Of a DNA stretch of 64,000 nt, positions 25,959-39,600 are shown piece by piece (position 1 is the stretch's first letter; every line of letters starts with the position of its first letter). Source of the DNA: Azolla caroliniana (lineage: Eukaryota > Plantae > Polypodiophyta). Both the position numbers and the translations under genes were made by a program. Under the pieces are notes generated by a model that did not search any database, was not told the origin of the DNA, and saw only the letters and a list, made by a program, of their open reading frames with translations. Where the stretch lies: NCBI GenBank assembly GCA_043228905.1, contig JBHGNT010000003.1, positions 17,360,001 to 17,424,000 on the forward strand, written 5' to 3'.

Positions 25959-28784
25959 TTAGCACATCTTAGTAAGTTGTGAAGAAGGTGGCTCTGACCT
26001 TACGCTAGTCCAAACTCCTCTTAATTGCTGACCTTCTCGTGAACCCATAGTGATGCTCAAAACTTCCTTGAAAGCCCACCATAGAAAGGGTGAAGCTATA
26101 AAGGCATACAAACCAATTCCTAATGCCCTCACAATCCCACTGCTATAAATAGGGGCACCCAATGTAATTAAGGCTCCAACTACACCAAACCAGGGTGTCA
26201 AAACAGCCAAAATCGGCAATTTTCCAATGGTTATTATCACAAACAACAAGGAGATCGATCCTAAGAGCTCAATGAACCAACCCATGAGAGGATGCACTGT
26301 CCGGGGTATCAATATTGCTGGTAAAATGAAGGATCCAACAATTGCTATGATTCTTAGAACAAACAAGAATAGGATTGATCCCTCAGAACAGTTCCCACGG
26401 ACAGATTGGATCTTTTCTGGCCATGTCCGCCTCCAGATAGCGAAAGCCGTGAATAGAGTTCCGATGTAGAAAAGTGCTTCCGTGACCAAAACTGGAAATT
26501 CAGCATCATACCTGTAAAATTGCTTCAAGAATGTGAGAGGGTTGTTTTGACATGGTGATGAATCTTGCATATATTATCAAAGGTGTGTCTACAGTAGATA
26601 AATGTAAAGCTCTAATGTATCAAATTGCTAATGAAATATTACATCATGGTGTGTATACCCTACATCAATTGAGGGATCTAATGTATTTACTCACATGTAT
26701 GTCAGTAATTAGGAATGAAACTAGAATAAGAGGTCAGACATAGACAAGGTCTCCATAATAACGAACTCACAGCAAAATTGGCATCTTATATGTGTTTCTC
26801 AATCAGAGCTTAGATAGGAAAATGACAAGTCAAATCTCTAATCAGCATGCATCTGCTAATAGAAATCATGAAATTAGCACATACATACCCAATAGTTGAT
26901 CGGCGTACTTCATGCCATTGCAATCCTAAAGGTAAAACTGGCCATGACCACCAATACCATGGCTTCAGCCATGGCATACTTGGAAAAGTGATCACACTAT
27001 TGGGGCCACAAGGAACATTCCATCGAAGCTTCAAGTCTACATATCAAAAAAAGGAGAAATGTCAGTTCAATATAATGAAAATATTGGCAAAATTTTAAGA
27101 AGCATAACAGAAAATTAGCATTATTCCTTGCCAATGTTGTAACTCACAGAAATATGATGCGTCCATTTGATAGCCGAGTGGCAGGCGGTAGTATCCATCC
27201 ACTTTTGATCCGTTGGCAGGTGGAATGAAAAGAGGTCTCTCCAATAAATCATCAAACCAAGCCATCAAGTAGCCTTGATCTGCACCATCTCTATTTACCT
27301 TGGTTTTGAGACCCTCATACATCTTCTTAAAAGTTTCTTCTGATGGCTGCAATAAACAAAGCGACACAAACTCACAACAATAAATAGGAGTTCGATATTT
27401 TTCTAGTTTTTTATCTTTGGACACTAGTTTTTGTTATGTCAAACCTCCAAAACAAAAAGACCAGTGTGGAAGATGCAAGGATTTATAAACACGGCACAAA
27501 ACTGTCCACACTGAAAAAGCTCATCAGTTTTACGTAGAAATATATTGTCTGCATCGAGCATCACGACCCTTTCATAATCAACCAAACTCCATGCGTATAG
27601 TTTGTTGAGAGTCAATCGGAACCGAGAATTGAAATGATCTTGGGTGCTATAAGGGTTGGGAATATCATCCACAGAGACCACCTTGACACTTTCACTTTCC
27701 CTGCAAATTTACAATCAGAGGATGGATGTCTCAACCACTAAGAAATGAAAAACATATCTGAGTTCTCTCTTGCAAGACATACAAGCATTTGATTGCAAGT
27801 CCTTTCTTGGAAGTTGCATATTCTCTAAAGTTGGATTTTCTAGTGGTTGTGGAGGGTCCCCCTCCAAGATTGCAATACTTTGAAGTTGTGTTTTCTTGTG
27901 GTTATTGAGAATCTTTAACCTTCCTAGAATTTGATCAAGTGCTTAAAGTGACTCAAGATTAACAGACAGCCAAAAAAACAACAAGAAAATGCATAAGAGG
28001 CAGTACATCGAGAACTTCAATGGACTCTCAATTAACTTATCACGAAAAAACAGCAAGAGAGTGCAAAATGACTCAACAAATTACAATAAACCCAACAAGA
28101 AAGAGCACCAAAATCACAAACGGGGAGAGAGCTAAAAAAGTGCAAAAGAACTCCACAATTGCAATAAAAATTAACAAGAAAGTCTATCAAACTCACATAA
28201 AGAGATAGAGAGAGCTAAAAAAAAGGCAAGAGTATCAAATTCACTAAAAAGAGAGACAGAGATACAGAGATATAGCTAAAAAGTGCGGCATAACTCTACA
28301 AATTACCATAAGCCCAGCAAGAAATTGTAACAAAATCCTACAAATTACCATAAGCCCAGCAAGAAATTGTAAGAAAATCGCTAAGAAGACAGGGAGCCCA
28401 AAAAAAGGGCACTCACAGTGTTTTGACCCAGAGTCGAGGAAGGTTTCTCGATGCAATAACTACAAGATCCGCATCGACATTAAGATGAAGGAGGGACTGC
28501 ATCATGACGCGAACCGCAACATAGAATTCATGGTCACGAGGCGTACCCATATAGAGCATCGTGGCGTATGCGTGCCGATTCCCATGGTGGGCTCGAGAAT
28601 CGTGTGTATTATGTACACCACTGATGGTGCCCGTTAAAGCAGATCCTGACAAGGCATCAGAGGAGGGGCTTGTGTTCAAGAGAGACATGGCCATCATCAT
28701 AGGCATTGCAACCATCATCAAAATTGTCATCAGAATGACTAACGTAGATGCAACCAAGGAAAGCCCTCCACATGATGTAGGCAT
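25959..28784 (-). CDS. Glycosyltransferase family 8, PGSIP7/PGSIP8-like putative glucuronosyltransferase; 5 exons: 28784-28417, 27700-27445, 27346-27148, 27036-26889, 26511-25959 (1524 nt, 507 aa)
   Basis: All four introns are GT-AG with compatible phases (2,0,1,2). N-terminal hydrophobic anchor; AYATMLYMGTPRD, LNKLYAWSLVDYERVVMLDAD (DxD), FINPCIFHTGLFVL, DGADQG and KPWYWWSWP motifs; multi-pass hydrophobic C-terminus. Confidence 0.93.
28298..28372. repeat. Short tandem duplication in intron 1
   Basis: Two copies of CTACAAATTACCATAAGCCCAGCAAGAAATTGTAA, about 42-bp period. Confidence 0.7.
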
Positions 28785-29276
28785 AGGTTCTCTTCTACTG
28801 GTTGAAATGATAATAGAAAACTTATTTTCTGCTTGAATTTAGAAACTTATTTTAGAAAGCTTCTTTTCTCCTTCACAATGGCTTCTTGTTTAGCCTTGAA
28901 AAATACTTGTATTCTGCCAAGAAAAAAAAAATGCAGGTATTTTGATCCTGCTTTGAAATGACTTTTATTTGTCTTGAGGCATAAGGTTTTTGGGCCGCGC
29001 TCTTCTCCCTTCTGCTTAGAAAACAAATCCAAAGGATTAATAACTACTCTTCTTCTTTCTTATTTCTTCTATTCTGCTTGAAATGAGGAGAGCACTGGTC
29101 TGCTTCACTCCTCTGTCTGTCTAAAAGTACTAAGATTATTAGCATAGACGGAGGAAGAAAGAAGATCTAATCCAGGAATGAATGAGGGAGAGAAAAGATC
29201 ATTATTCCGTCTTCCAATCTGACTCTTCTCTGAGAGTGCAGGGAGGGACGGGGGTGGGGCGCAGATCTTGCTCAGG

Positions 29277-29285
29277 ATTTATATG
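29277..29285 (-). promoter_or_regulatory. Candidate TATA box of the GT8 gene
   Basis: TATAAAT on the minus strand about 500 bp upstream of the ATG, next to GA/CT microsatellites. Position only; no transcript evidence. Confidence 0.3.
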
Positions 29286-29329
29286 CACATATACATACAT
29301 ACATGTATTATGTATATACTATTCAACAC

Positions 29330-29530
29330 AGACAGAGAGAGAGAGAGAGAGACCTAGCAGTCCAATAGGCAGAGTCTCCCTTTGCATATTCCTCCTACTC
29401 TCTCTCTCTCTCTTGTGGGCCTGGCTCTTTCTTCTTCCATCCATCCCACTATACTTGGTTGCGATTCTCTCTTTGGCGTTCTTTTGTGTGTGTTGTGTGT
29501 GTGTGTGTGTGTCTCTCTCTCTCTCTCTCC
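29330..29530. repeat. GA/CT/GT microsatellite cluster
   Basis: (GA)n at 29333-29352, (CT)n at about 29398-29412, (GT)n(CT)n at about 29485-29529. Confidence 0.85.
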
Positions 29531-29538
29531 CAGCCTGG

Positions 29539-30185
29539 TTGAGCGATGGCCATGCTAATCTCTGGGGCTCACAACTTGTGTATCATTCAAGGGGTCACAA
29601 CTACGATGGCCATGCTATCCATGCTAATATCTAGGGGTCACAACCTGCGTATCATTCTGGGGGTCACAACTACCCCCCCGTTGCGCGATGGCCATGCTAA
29701 TCTCCATTCTGGGATTCACAACTATGTATCATTCTGGGGGTCACAACTACCCCTATCTATTTGTCTGTCTGCCTAGCCTAGGTTGCACAATGGCCATGCT
29801 AATCTCCATTCTGGGATTCACAACTGTGTATCATTCTGGGGGTCACAACTACCCCTATCTGTCTGTCTGTCTGCCTAGCCTAGGTTGCACAATGGCCATG
29901 CTAATCTCCATTCTGTGTATCATTCCGAGGGTCACAACTTCTTGCCTTGAGCACAAGCATTGGCTTTGCGTCTGTATGTCTGTCTCTCCCCAACCTAGGT
30001 TGCGCGATGGCCATGCTAATCTCCATTCTGGGGTTCACAAGCGTGTATCATTTTGGGGGTCACAACTGCCCATGTCTGTCTATCTCTCTACCTAGCCTAG
30101 GTTGCACGGTGGCCATGCTAATCTTCATTTTGTGTATCATTGCAAGGGTCACAACTTCCTGCTTCGAGCACGAGCATTAGCTTGC
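29539..30185 (-). repeat. Tandem array of 7 units (about 60-115 bp) whose core resembles U6 snRNA
   Basis: Each unit has GGCCATGCTA(AT) plus TGTATCATT and GGGTCACAAC. The minus strand of unit 5 (29885-29928) matches the U6 core at 34/40 nt with one 4-nt gap (hand alignment, U6 recalled from memory). Confidence 0.8.
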
Positions 30186-30499
30186 ATTCGTTATGCCTTC
30201 TCTTTGCCCCCGAACACATCTGTGAGTGAATTTGTGCCTCACACTCTAATGCACAACACCCCGCCCCTTCTAGCCCCATCCAAAGTTTGTTTTTGTTAAC
30301 ATCGTCCGTAAAAAAAGGCCCAAACCCTTACACGCGCTTCTTTCATTAGTCACACCCAGATTCTGCACTCTTGATTGCAGCATTCATTTGTAAAATTTCT
30401 CTGCACATCAAGAGTCATTACTCAACTTCACGTGTATCGTGTGAAACAAGCCTTCACTTTTGGCCGCATTGGTTTAAAATTTAATCTCTAAGGACAATC

Positions 30500-33400
30500 G
30501 CAAAGTCTATGTCCTAATCATGCCCCTCTATACTTATTTGAATGAATTGCCAACTCTAGAGACATTGTGTGGCCAATATGTTGTGGGGGTGGGGATCTCG
30601 TGAAGGACCATGCATGAGAAACATATGAGACGTTGCATGCTTTCGATTTTGCAAGGTCATCAATGATGAAATCGCCAATAAAACATGAGGATGATCCCCA
30701 ACCTTTGAGGAAGGCATGTTTCCTTCCCTTGGTCGCCAAGACAGGAAATGCCTCTTATGTAGATAATTGTCTCCTTGCCAAGAGTGCAACTCCCAGATAT
30801 TTTGCAACCCATTACTTGAGATTTTTGTAAACATCACATCATGAACATGGCCATTTATCTCTCTGGAAGATGACAAATCCATGATTCCCAATTATATGTG
30901 AACGTGAAAGTGTGGAATGTTTACACATGCTTTGGCACACCTCATGAGGTCTATTATATGTGGGACCATACACATGCACAAATACGCAAGTTCCCATCAT
31001 TAACCATGAACATATATTTCTATCATTGTAAGTAAATCACTCAAATTTGATATGTAAATACCATAAGTGCAACAAAAAAATGTTAAGAAAACGTAGTGAG
31101 TTCTATCATAGAACCACCATTGTAACTTAATGTGAGTGATATGTTGTTTCACAATCATTATGTGTCTCCTAATCTACACACTTTGCAATACAATGTTGCC
31201 CAATAATTGTCTCCCTATCTGCATAAATTCTGTGAAGAAAGAAATTGTAATGTTTGGATGCTATCTAAGGGCAAGGACTATGAACTGGCTTTTATAGAAT
31301 AAAATGAATAACCAACTCATTTTGCTCCACAAGTGCAACATCAACACCAAATTGAATATCAACATAGAGGCATGTTTGACACAAGCAAAGTCATGTGGGC
31401 CATCTTGGACTTCCATGTGATGGCACTTTCAACATCAAAGGCAAAAACAAATATTTCTTCCTAGTTGATGTAGCTAATGCTAGAAAATGCCAAATGTAAC
31501 CAAAGCACGGGTGTAAGCCGATCATTTGCAACTCTTAGTTACAAGGATGTTACTCAAATTATATTGATGTCTAAACTCTAATATATGTGGTCATAGCCTC
31601 ACTGTAAAAACTGCTTGAGAGATGAATATGTCAACCAACATGATTAGGTATTGTAATTGGCCTCTAGGCATGGTGATAAAATCTTGAGACACTAGTGATC
31701 CAATGGATAGAAAATCCCATATGCAACAATCAATCTTGAACGTGAAAACTAGCATCGATATACCCATCATATGGTAAATACAAGGTAGGTGTTAAGAATT
31801 CGGTAATTAATTATTGGCTAATTAGTACCTAATTATGTGATTAAGCTAAACGGAAGATTAAGTGATATATGTGTGTATGTGTGCGAGAGGAAGAGAGAGA
31901 GGAAGTTAACACTATGAACATTGAACAACACAAGATGGGGGATGATTAACTCTATATTAAATTAGCATCATCAAATACAAAAATACCCACAATGAGGTAT
32001 ATATAGATCTCATGTGCAATGGTGCACATGTATATGGAGAATATAGGTACAAGGGTGTAAGTCCTATATTAAATGTACTTGGGAGTGGAGGATCTAGAAT
32101 ATCCACTTAAGTACACAGTCCTATTTAAGGCGTTATAGTCAACACTTCCAACTAGATTCTATCTAGGTAACTACAAAGTTACATGGTTGACTAACTAACT
32201 AAACTAAGTTGAGCTTGATCTCTCAACAGTAGGCATGCCAATATGATCCAAAGGCATTGGAGATCCAAGGCAAGGAATTATCATACTTAACATGATACCC
32301 TCCAAGAAATCCCAATTCATCCTATCTTAATGAAGTTGAGAATCAAAATGGCTTTGGCAGGTTCAAACCTCAAGTATGCTCAATGGTCTCATAAGAGCAA
32401 CAAATGTTGTCCAATACAAATGAGAGTACTTCAACAAGATCAACATTTAAACCATGAATAATGTCTGGAATATGTGATTGTAATTGAGAAATTATCATGT
32501 AGGCCAATATCATGCAAAAAAGGGATAACAATGCAATGAGTTGCCCTTTTTGCAAACTAGAATTATTCAACCTCCTTGGCGATCAAGTAGATGGATCTTC
32601 AACATAACTATGAAGCCACTTTCCCCAAGTTGAACATAATTAAGGCTATCTTAGCTTGGAAATCATCCCAATAATAGATAAATTGTTTTGATTTATGGTT
32701 TTGAATGACGAACTTGGGTTACGTTTCAATTGCTAAGTATCACACATTTTTATTACACCACATGTCTTTTTTGCTAATCTACATGCTACCGTTGGTATAT
32801 CAAACCGATGACGTCATAGTCTCCAAAGAGTTGACACATGCATCTCAAGTCTTTCATATGAATGAGTCCACACATTCTCTAAATGGAACATTATATTTTT
32901 TCCTAATAATTTTTATGTATAATGTTTTTAATAGAACTGTTGATCCAATCTTGTAAATGTATACATTTGGGCGTACATCAATTGACATAGATTGAATCAT
33001 CTATAAATGTACATATCAATGCTTCATCATCCATAAATCATCTTCATCCTAACTTGTATGTATGTGCAATAAATGACATAAGGTTCAACCTTGTAAACAT
33101 AAATGTATAGAGTCTTTATTATCCATAAATGATCTCTTTTTGAAAGTTGAAAGAGTGAATAACTTTCACATGTGTAGCACAGTGGTTAATGTATGTAGGA
33201 GTGTGAATTTGTGAGTAGGGTTTTCTATTCAAGCGAGAGAAGGAGAGGAGAGGACAGTCTATTATCATATGAAGACAAATCTATAAGCAAAATTGTCAAT
33301 ATTGGTATGATTATGCGTGTATATATTTTATCTGTGGGATAGCCCAATTTGTCCCTCATATGACTTGCCTATATTGTCACACACCTGATGAACTTTTGAA

Positions 33401-36400
33401 TCCAACTTTATACTCAATAGATCAACCACCTTGCATATCGAGAATATTTTACATGACTTTATGTTCCAAAGATTGTGGCCTAGAGTTTCCATTAATATCA
33501 TTCACGCCCCCATTTCATATTCTAATGCCCCCATAACGTATGGTTTTATAACACCGTGTTGTGGGTATGCCACTTCCAACAAAATGAAAACTTTAAATAA
33601 AGAATTCGATGATAGCATTATTGTTATTGAAAATTCACCTTATTTGCTTGACAAGACTTATTAATTTACAAACCTAGAGAGGGATACAAAGTAATCATAA
33701 CAAAGTGCACCATAAATGGAGTGCATAAGGAGTCAGCAAAGGGACCTTTAATTTCTCCATGGAAATTGGCTTTGTTGAAAAGCAAGGCTGGAAGAGAAAA
33801 AAATGCACAAAGGTAGCAATGTATTGGGGCCTTGGGGCTTAGGCACATGGGCAAAGAGAGTACAAAGGGCATTGGGTTGTGCTTGGGAATATACTATAGA
33901 CATATCATACTTTGGATTATTCCTTGAGGATATGCTTGGATTAGTTATGTATGGACTTTAGTGATTCTTGAATACCATGCTACAAGATGCTATTTGACAT
34001 ATCATTTATGGAAAAACCCTTACTGATTCATTTTCTTAGTATCACAAATATTTTCCTTCCATTCATAAGAAGAGAGGTATCAAAACGAAATGGTTGGTCC
34101 ACCTCTCAAGACATCTAAATTTATTCGAAGATTTTTTATGGACACCTAGTTCCAATATTGATGTTTGGATCATTGGACCATGAGTAAGCATTACTTTGAG
34201 GGCTTTGAAGGCTTAGATCTCCACTAAACCATCACTGGAATCAATTACTTGTTCTTGCTAGCATAAAGCGTTTCATAGGAAGACTTTTACCAATGTGCTG
34301 TAAATTTATTGTTTAATGGAAGTAACCATCTTCAACGAAAAAATAGAATCTCTCATTTAAATGAGATTTAATCATGTAGTTTGGTATTGTTCATATATGC
34401 TTGTCAATGCATATGTGTTCACTCTTGTGTTTGTTTACTTATTGGTTATAAAATCAATAAGTCGTGGATATTTACACCCACACACACATAGAGGATAAGA
34501 AACAATATACATATTTTTTAGGTACCCAAATTGCGTTGAAAAAAGTCAAGGAATGAGGTTTGAACCGATACAAAGAAAATAAAGTAGTAAACATGGGAAA
34601 TGCATGGAAGAAACAAGTCCCCATACATATAATTGAGTTTAATGTTAGAAAGCAAATGCATTGAGACCTTTGCTTTAATGGGTTTGTTTCATAATATGGT
34701 ACCTTACAATCATATCCTTCAAATCTCTTTTAGAATATACTACAAAAACATGACAATGTGTTAGTCGTGTTGATCAATATACACAATCTATGCGAAATTA
34801 AAGAGCTAGAATTTATTTAATAAGTTGTTACTTCCATACTCCAACATTGAATAATTTCTTGTTTTGAGATGGCTTAATATACACTCAAAAGAGCATGATT
34901 GAACCATTCCTAATGGGCCCAAGCAATTAACGCCATGATCTACATTTTCCATTAATGTTTAACATCAATCATGGGGACTTTGTTGGAGGCCTATTCATGT
35001 AAGAAATATATTCACTTGAACCCATCAACATTGGTGCCAAGAATCATCTCAATTTGGCCCAATGACATGAGTATATGGGAAATATTATTAAAATATTTTC
35101 TCAAGGACTCCATCCTAGACTCAAGGGGCATTGGTCCCCTAGACACTCCTTGCCTCACCCACTCTAACTAGAGCAATGCCACAAATTCCCACTATTGTAA
35201 TGATTAGGTCACAACCATCTATGATCTCAGCATGGGTTCATTCACATTGAAGCCATAATCCACCAATGTCTTGGAGACCATTTAAAATTGTGATACAACA
35301 TATATGTTAATGAGTTAGATATCAAAGTTGTTTGGATCCCATTATGCAGAAAAAGCCACCCAATACTTCATTTTGTCCCTGAATGATGTGAAACAAGTAT
35401 CGACATAATTTGCAAGATCTTTATTAAAATGGGCAAAAGGAAGTGATGGCTTCTGGCGGAATTTGCTCAACAAGATAGTGGAATAATCCTGATTTAATAT
35501 GAATATGTTCATACTTATATTGCATATTCGGAACTTTAAGTTCGCATACCGCTCCTAGGAGAAATGGAAAGAAACATTTGTTTTCCTATGACTTCAACAT
35601 AAAGTTTCCCATTGCTCAACAAAGACCAAAGCTCAATTAGAGTAAAATATTACTATTTAATTACAAGTAACATATTCTCTTTCAAACAAGTGTTTGAGTA
35701 ATATACAAGACTCGAAAATGATATTTCTCAAGATTGAATTTTAATGCATGAATTATCAGATCTTGTGATAATTCTGGTTTTTCTGAAACTAGAGAGAGTA
35801 ATAAATGAATACATGAGGCAACAATCATGCGTTCATGTTCCTTTCAACAAACATTCGAAAATGACAACTATTTGTGCATTCTCTTGCTTTTACATTAGAC
35901 ATTGTATTATATGCACCTCCTTAAAACTTCTTTTCAATTCTACAATATTTTAATGTAGTTCTTCCATTTGTAGAACAACAATCGTTAGAAAGAGTAAAGG
36001 TTGTGATGCAATAGAAACAAAAATGTCTCAGAAATTCAATTAAGTAGATTATTTGATAGATTTAGCATTCACCATATCACTTGAACCTGAAATTTCTGAG
36101 AGTATTCTTTTGAAAGGTTTCTAAGATTTCTCAAGTCATCCAACAAGTTTAGAATTCTTACTAAATCCTTCCTACATTACTTTGTTAGAATCTAAATTAA
36201 CGTTAATCAGAATTAAGAAGGGAAATAAGGAAGAACGGGCATTAGTCCACTTGATCACCCAAAGCAAAGGTAAGAGATGAACTTGAATCCCCCATTTGTG
36301 TACAATATCACCGAATACAAACATGCATTGTACATTGGATTTGAAGAAAAACGAGGCACACGTGTATGAAGTTAGAGCTTTGCTACACTATCAACTTCAT

Positions 36401-36500
36401 TATCAAGTTAGGCCCTTGTCTTTTTCACACTTAGTTGTGTATTTTTAAAAAGAGGACAAGAGATGAAACACTCTAAAGTTATCTCCCACTGTAGGATTGA
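30500..36500 (-). pseudogene. Heavily decayed UPF1-like SF1 helicase with C-terminal Cys/His-rich region (ZNFX1-like relic); boundaries approximate
   Basis: Collinear degenerate motifs on the minus strand: ALKVMLTHGPMIQ..GT (pre-Walker A, about 34200-34145), IIGDDFQ-LR (about 32680-32645), RGQLQ (about 31665), and Cys/His-rich PHEVCQSMCKH (about 30950-30920). No long ORF survives. Confidence 0.4.
31790..32228 (-). mobile_element. Solo LTR (copia type)
   Basis: TG...CA termini and perfect 5-bp TSD GTAGG (31785-31789 and 32229-32233). The minus-strand start TGTTGAGAGATCAAGCTCAAC resembles the F-family LTR start. Confidence 0.85.
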
Positions 36501-36618
36501 GATAAGTCAATCCTTACCCTTTGTTCCTTATGAATTCGCTCAAAACAATAAAGATAAGAGACATCCTCCTTCATGAAGGTAGTCTCTCTCTCTCTCCCCC
36601 TCTCTCTCTGGTGAAAAC

Positions 36619-39600
36619 TGTTGAGAGACAAGCTCAACATCGGCCGGATCGACTGAAGAAGCCGAGGACCGGATCGGTTGGGACCGATCGGTTAGGCCGA
36701 ATGCGTAAACTGGTACGCAGACCGGTGCGTAGGTAGGGCCGGATCGGTGCGTAAACCGGGAGGCTGTTAGGAAAGATATTCCGTGAGGAATATATTTGGG
36801 AGTTAGTGTAGGAGCTCTTAATGAGCATTGAAGTACTGTCAGTACTTCTAGGACTTGTATAAAAGTGTTCATTGAACACACATATGTAAAAGTGTGGTGA
36901 ATAGAGATTGAGTACTTTTTGAATATAGTTCTTGTGTTTTCTCTCTCTCACTCTCTCTGTCTCTGTCTCTCCCGCGTATACTGCGTAAGCTCAAGCTCTC
37001 CATTAAACCTGAGTTTCCTCCCTTCTGTTCGGTCTTCATACTTGCTTCCGCACGCTACTTTTTACATGGTATCAGAGCGCGAGGGTTGAGAACCTCTCTG
37101 CAGCCGACACAGCTTGACGAAGAAGAACAAGAAGAACGTTGGATAGAGGCATGGCGAGCTCGCTTCCAACAGAGAAGCTCGACAGAACCAACTACGCATC
37201 TTGGTCCTACAAGATGCACCAGTACCTGCTCGGGCACGGCTACTGGAGTTATGTCAAAGGAGCTAATGACGCGGCACCCGAATCGACACACAGAGACTTC
37301 CCGTCGTGGGAACAATCGGCAAGCAGGGTATTATACTGCTTCGCGTCGTTTGTGGGCGAACAACTATTGAGCTATGTTCGGGATGCAAAGACGCCGAAGG
37401 GTGCGTGGGAAAATCTGAAGAAGATCTTCGCCGTGAGCACCATAGCCAGGAAGCTTTAGCTCCGACAGGAGTTGAGCAACCTACGACAACGCGACTTGTC
37501 GGTGGCGGACTATACCTCGAAGATCAAGGATATCTGCGACTCCCTCGCCTCCATAGAGGTGAACATCGAGGAGAGCGAAATGGTCCAGATCTGTCTCGGA
37601 GGTTTGGCGTCGAAGTTCGGAGCATTCCGAACGGCTGTGTGTACCTGGGAGAATACGCTGTCCTTTTTCGACTTACAGTCAATGCTCCTGGTAGAGGAGA
37701 ACCACGCGGGTGCGTCTACAAGCACGGACACCGACAGCAGAATGCTGTACACGGAGGGAGATAGGCCCCGTGGACGTGGAGGACGAGGCGAGTCGGCTCG
37801 CAATGGAGGCGGCCAACGAGATCAAGGAAGAAGGCACCGAAGTGATGCCGACAGCAACTTCGGACCCTCCGGAAACAGGGGGAGTCTAAGCGATGAGAAC
37901 CGGCAAGGGAAGGCCATCGCGGAGTGCTGGTACTGTGGCAAGAAAGGCCACAGGGAAAGTGAGTGCTGGAAGAAGCGTGCCGATTCGGAGAGAACCGGTT
38001 CCGGACATACCAACAAGGGAAATCGGCAGCGATCGCACTACGCCGAAGACTTCGGGAGAGCCGGAGAAGGGTCTGACTTTGTGACGAGACACGAAACAAA
38101 CTCAATGAAACAGACCACCCCGAGATCGGACGAGGTGTGGTACGTAGACTCCGACGCGTCAAACCACATGACGAGCCATAAGGAGTGGTTCTCGTACCTT
38201 GAAAAACCGATGCAACCTGGAGTAGTCGCAACTGGAGACGACACTCCACATCCGATCGCGAATGTCGGAGAAGTTCCCCTTAGCCATGACGGGCAGAAAG
38301 GGAAACTCATGAACGTGCTGCACGTCCCGACAATCACGAAGAACTTGGTCTCGGTTGGACAGATCGTCGACCAAGGGATGGAGGTTCGGTTTACACACCT
38401 TGGGTGCTTCATTGAGGAAGAAGGCCGTGTGATTGCGCAAGGGCGCAGAGACGGGAGGATGTTCACCCTCGACTCCATTGACGGCGGCACCGCAATGTTC
38501 GCGAAGGGACAAAAATCCGAGTCGGACATCGACTTGTGGCATAAGCGGATAGGCCACATCAACTACCAGCGGCTTCAAGATCTGCAATCGAAACAGGTAG
38601 TGTTCGGATTGCCCAAATTTAGTGGCCGAAAGGCACAAATTTGTGAAGCCTGCCAGCTCGGGAAGCAACACCGACTTCCTTTCCCGAACGAGCGAAACCG
38701 GAGCCGGAACAAACTCGACCTTATACACTCCGATGTATGGGGGCCGGCACAAAACGTTAGTCTTGGCGGGAGCCGATATTTCGTCTCCTTCATCGACGAC
38801 CACACGTGGCACACGTGGATCTACCTCATTGAGAGGAAGAGCGAAGTCTTCGACTGTTTCCGGGACTTCAAAGGGTTCGTGGAAACGGAAACGAGACGAA
38901 AGATCAAGTGCCTGCGGTCGAATGGTGGGAAAGAGTACTTTTCTGGTCAATTCAACGGTTATCTACAACAAATGGGAATTCGGCGCGAATTTAGTTGTAG
39001 ATACACGTCGGAGCAGAACGGCGTGGCCGAGAGGAAGAATCGGTCAGTTGTGGAAGCGGCACGGGCAATGCTGGAGGAGAAGAGCTTGCCCAAGTTCTAT
39101 TGGGCCGAGGCGGTAAGGACCGCGGTATACATCCAGAACCGAATCGGAGAGAAAGTGTCGGCGCACGAGCTATATTTCGGAACAAAGCCGAACTTGCGAC
39201 ACTTGAGGGTGTTCGGTAGCATTGCGTATGTGCATGTACCGAAGGAGAAAAGGAGGAAGCTGGACGCAAAGGCCGAGAAATGCATCTTGGTCGGTTACTC
39301 GGATGAGCAGAAGGGTTATAAGTGCTATAACCCTCGCACCAAACAAGCGTGTGTTAGCCGCGACGTTGTGTTTGACGAGTCCGCGTCCTGGAACCAACCG
39401 CCGACTCCGAACCCCGACTCCAATCCGAGCTCTGACGATGAGGTCAGTGAGGCCGAGATGCCTCCGGATGAGCCCGAAATCGAGAGCCGCGAAGAGAGTC
39501 CGATTTCACTCTGTTTAAGTGGACCGATTGGACGACTGAGTCGGTACGACCAGTCCGATGAAGAGGCGGCGAGTAGTGGAGACTCGGCCGTGCATTCCCC

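Noticed and set aside
29885-30145. Functional U6 snRNA gene(s)
   Set aside because: The ACAGAGA box is altered, the 3' half and oligo-T terminator are absent, and there is no USE/TATA at Pol III spacing. The GTCCCACATA at about 30958-30967 (minus) is about 800 bp away.
29539-30185. CRISPR-like repeat-spacer array
   Set aside because: Inter-repeat segments are homologous to each other, unit lengths vary by internal duplication, there are no cas genes, and the context is eukaryotic.
29182-30299. Plus-strand ORFs (150, 135, 76 aa etc.) as genes
   Set aside because: They are translations of microsatellites and the tandem array with no protein-like features.
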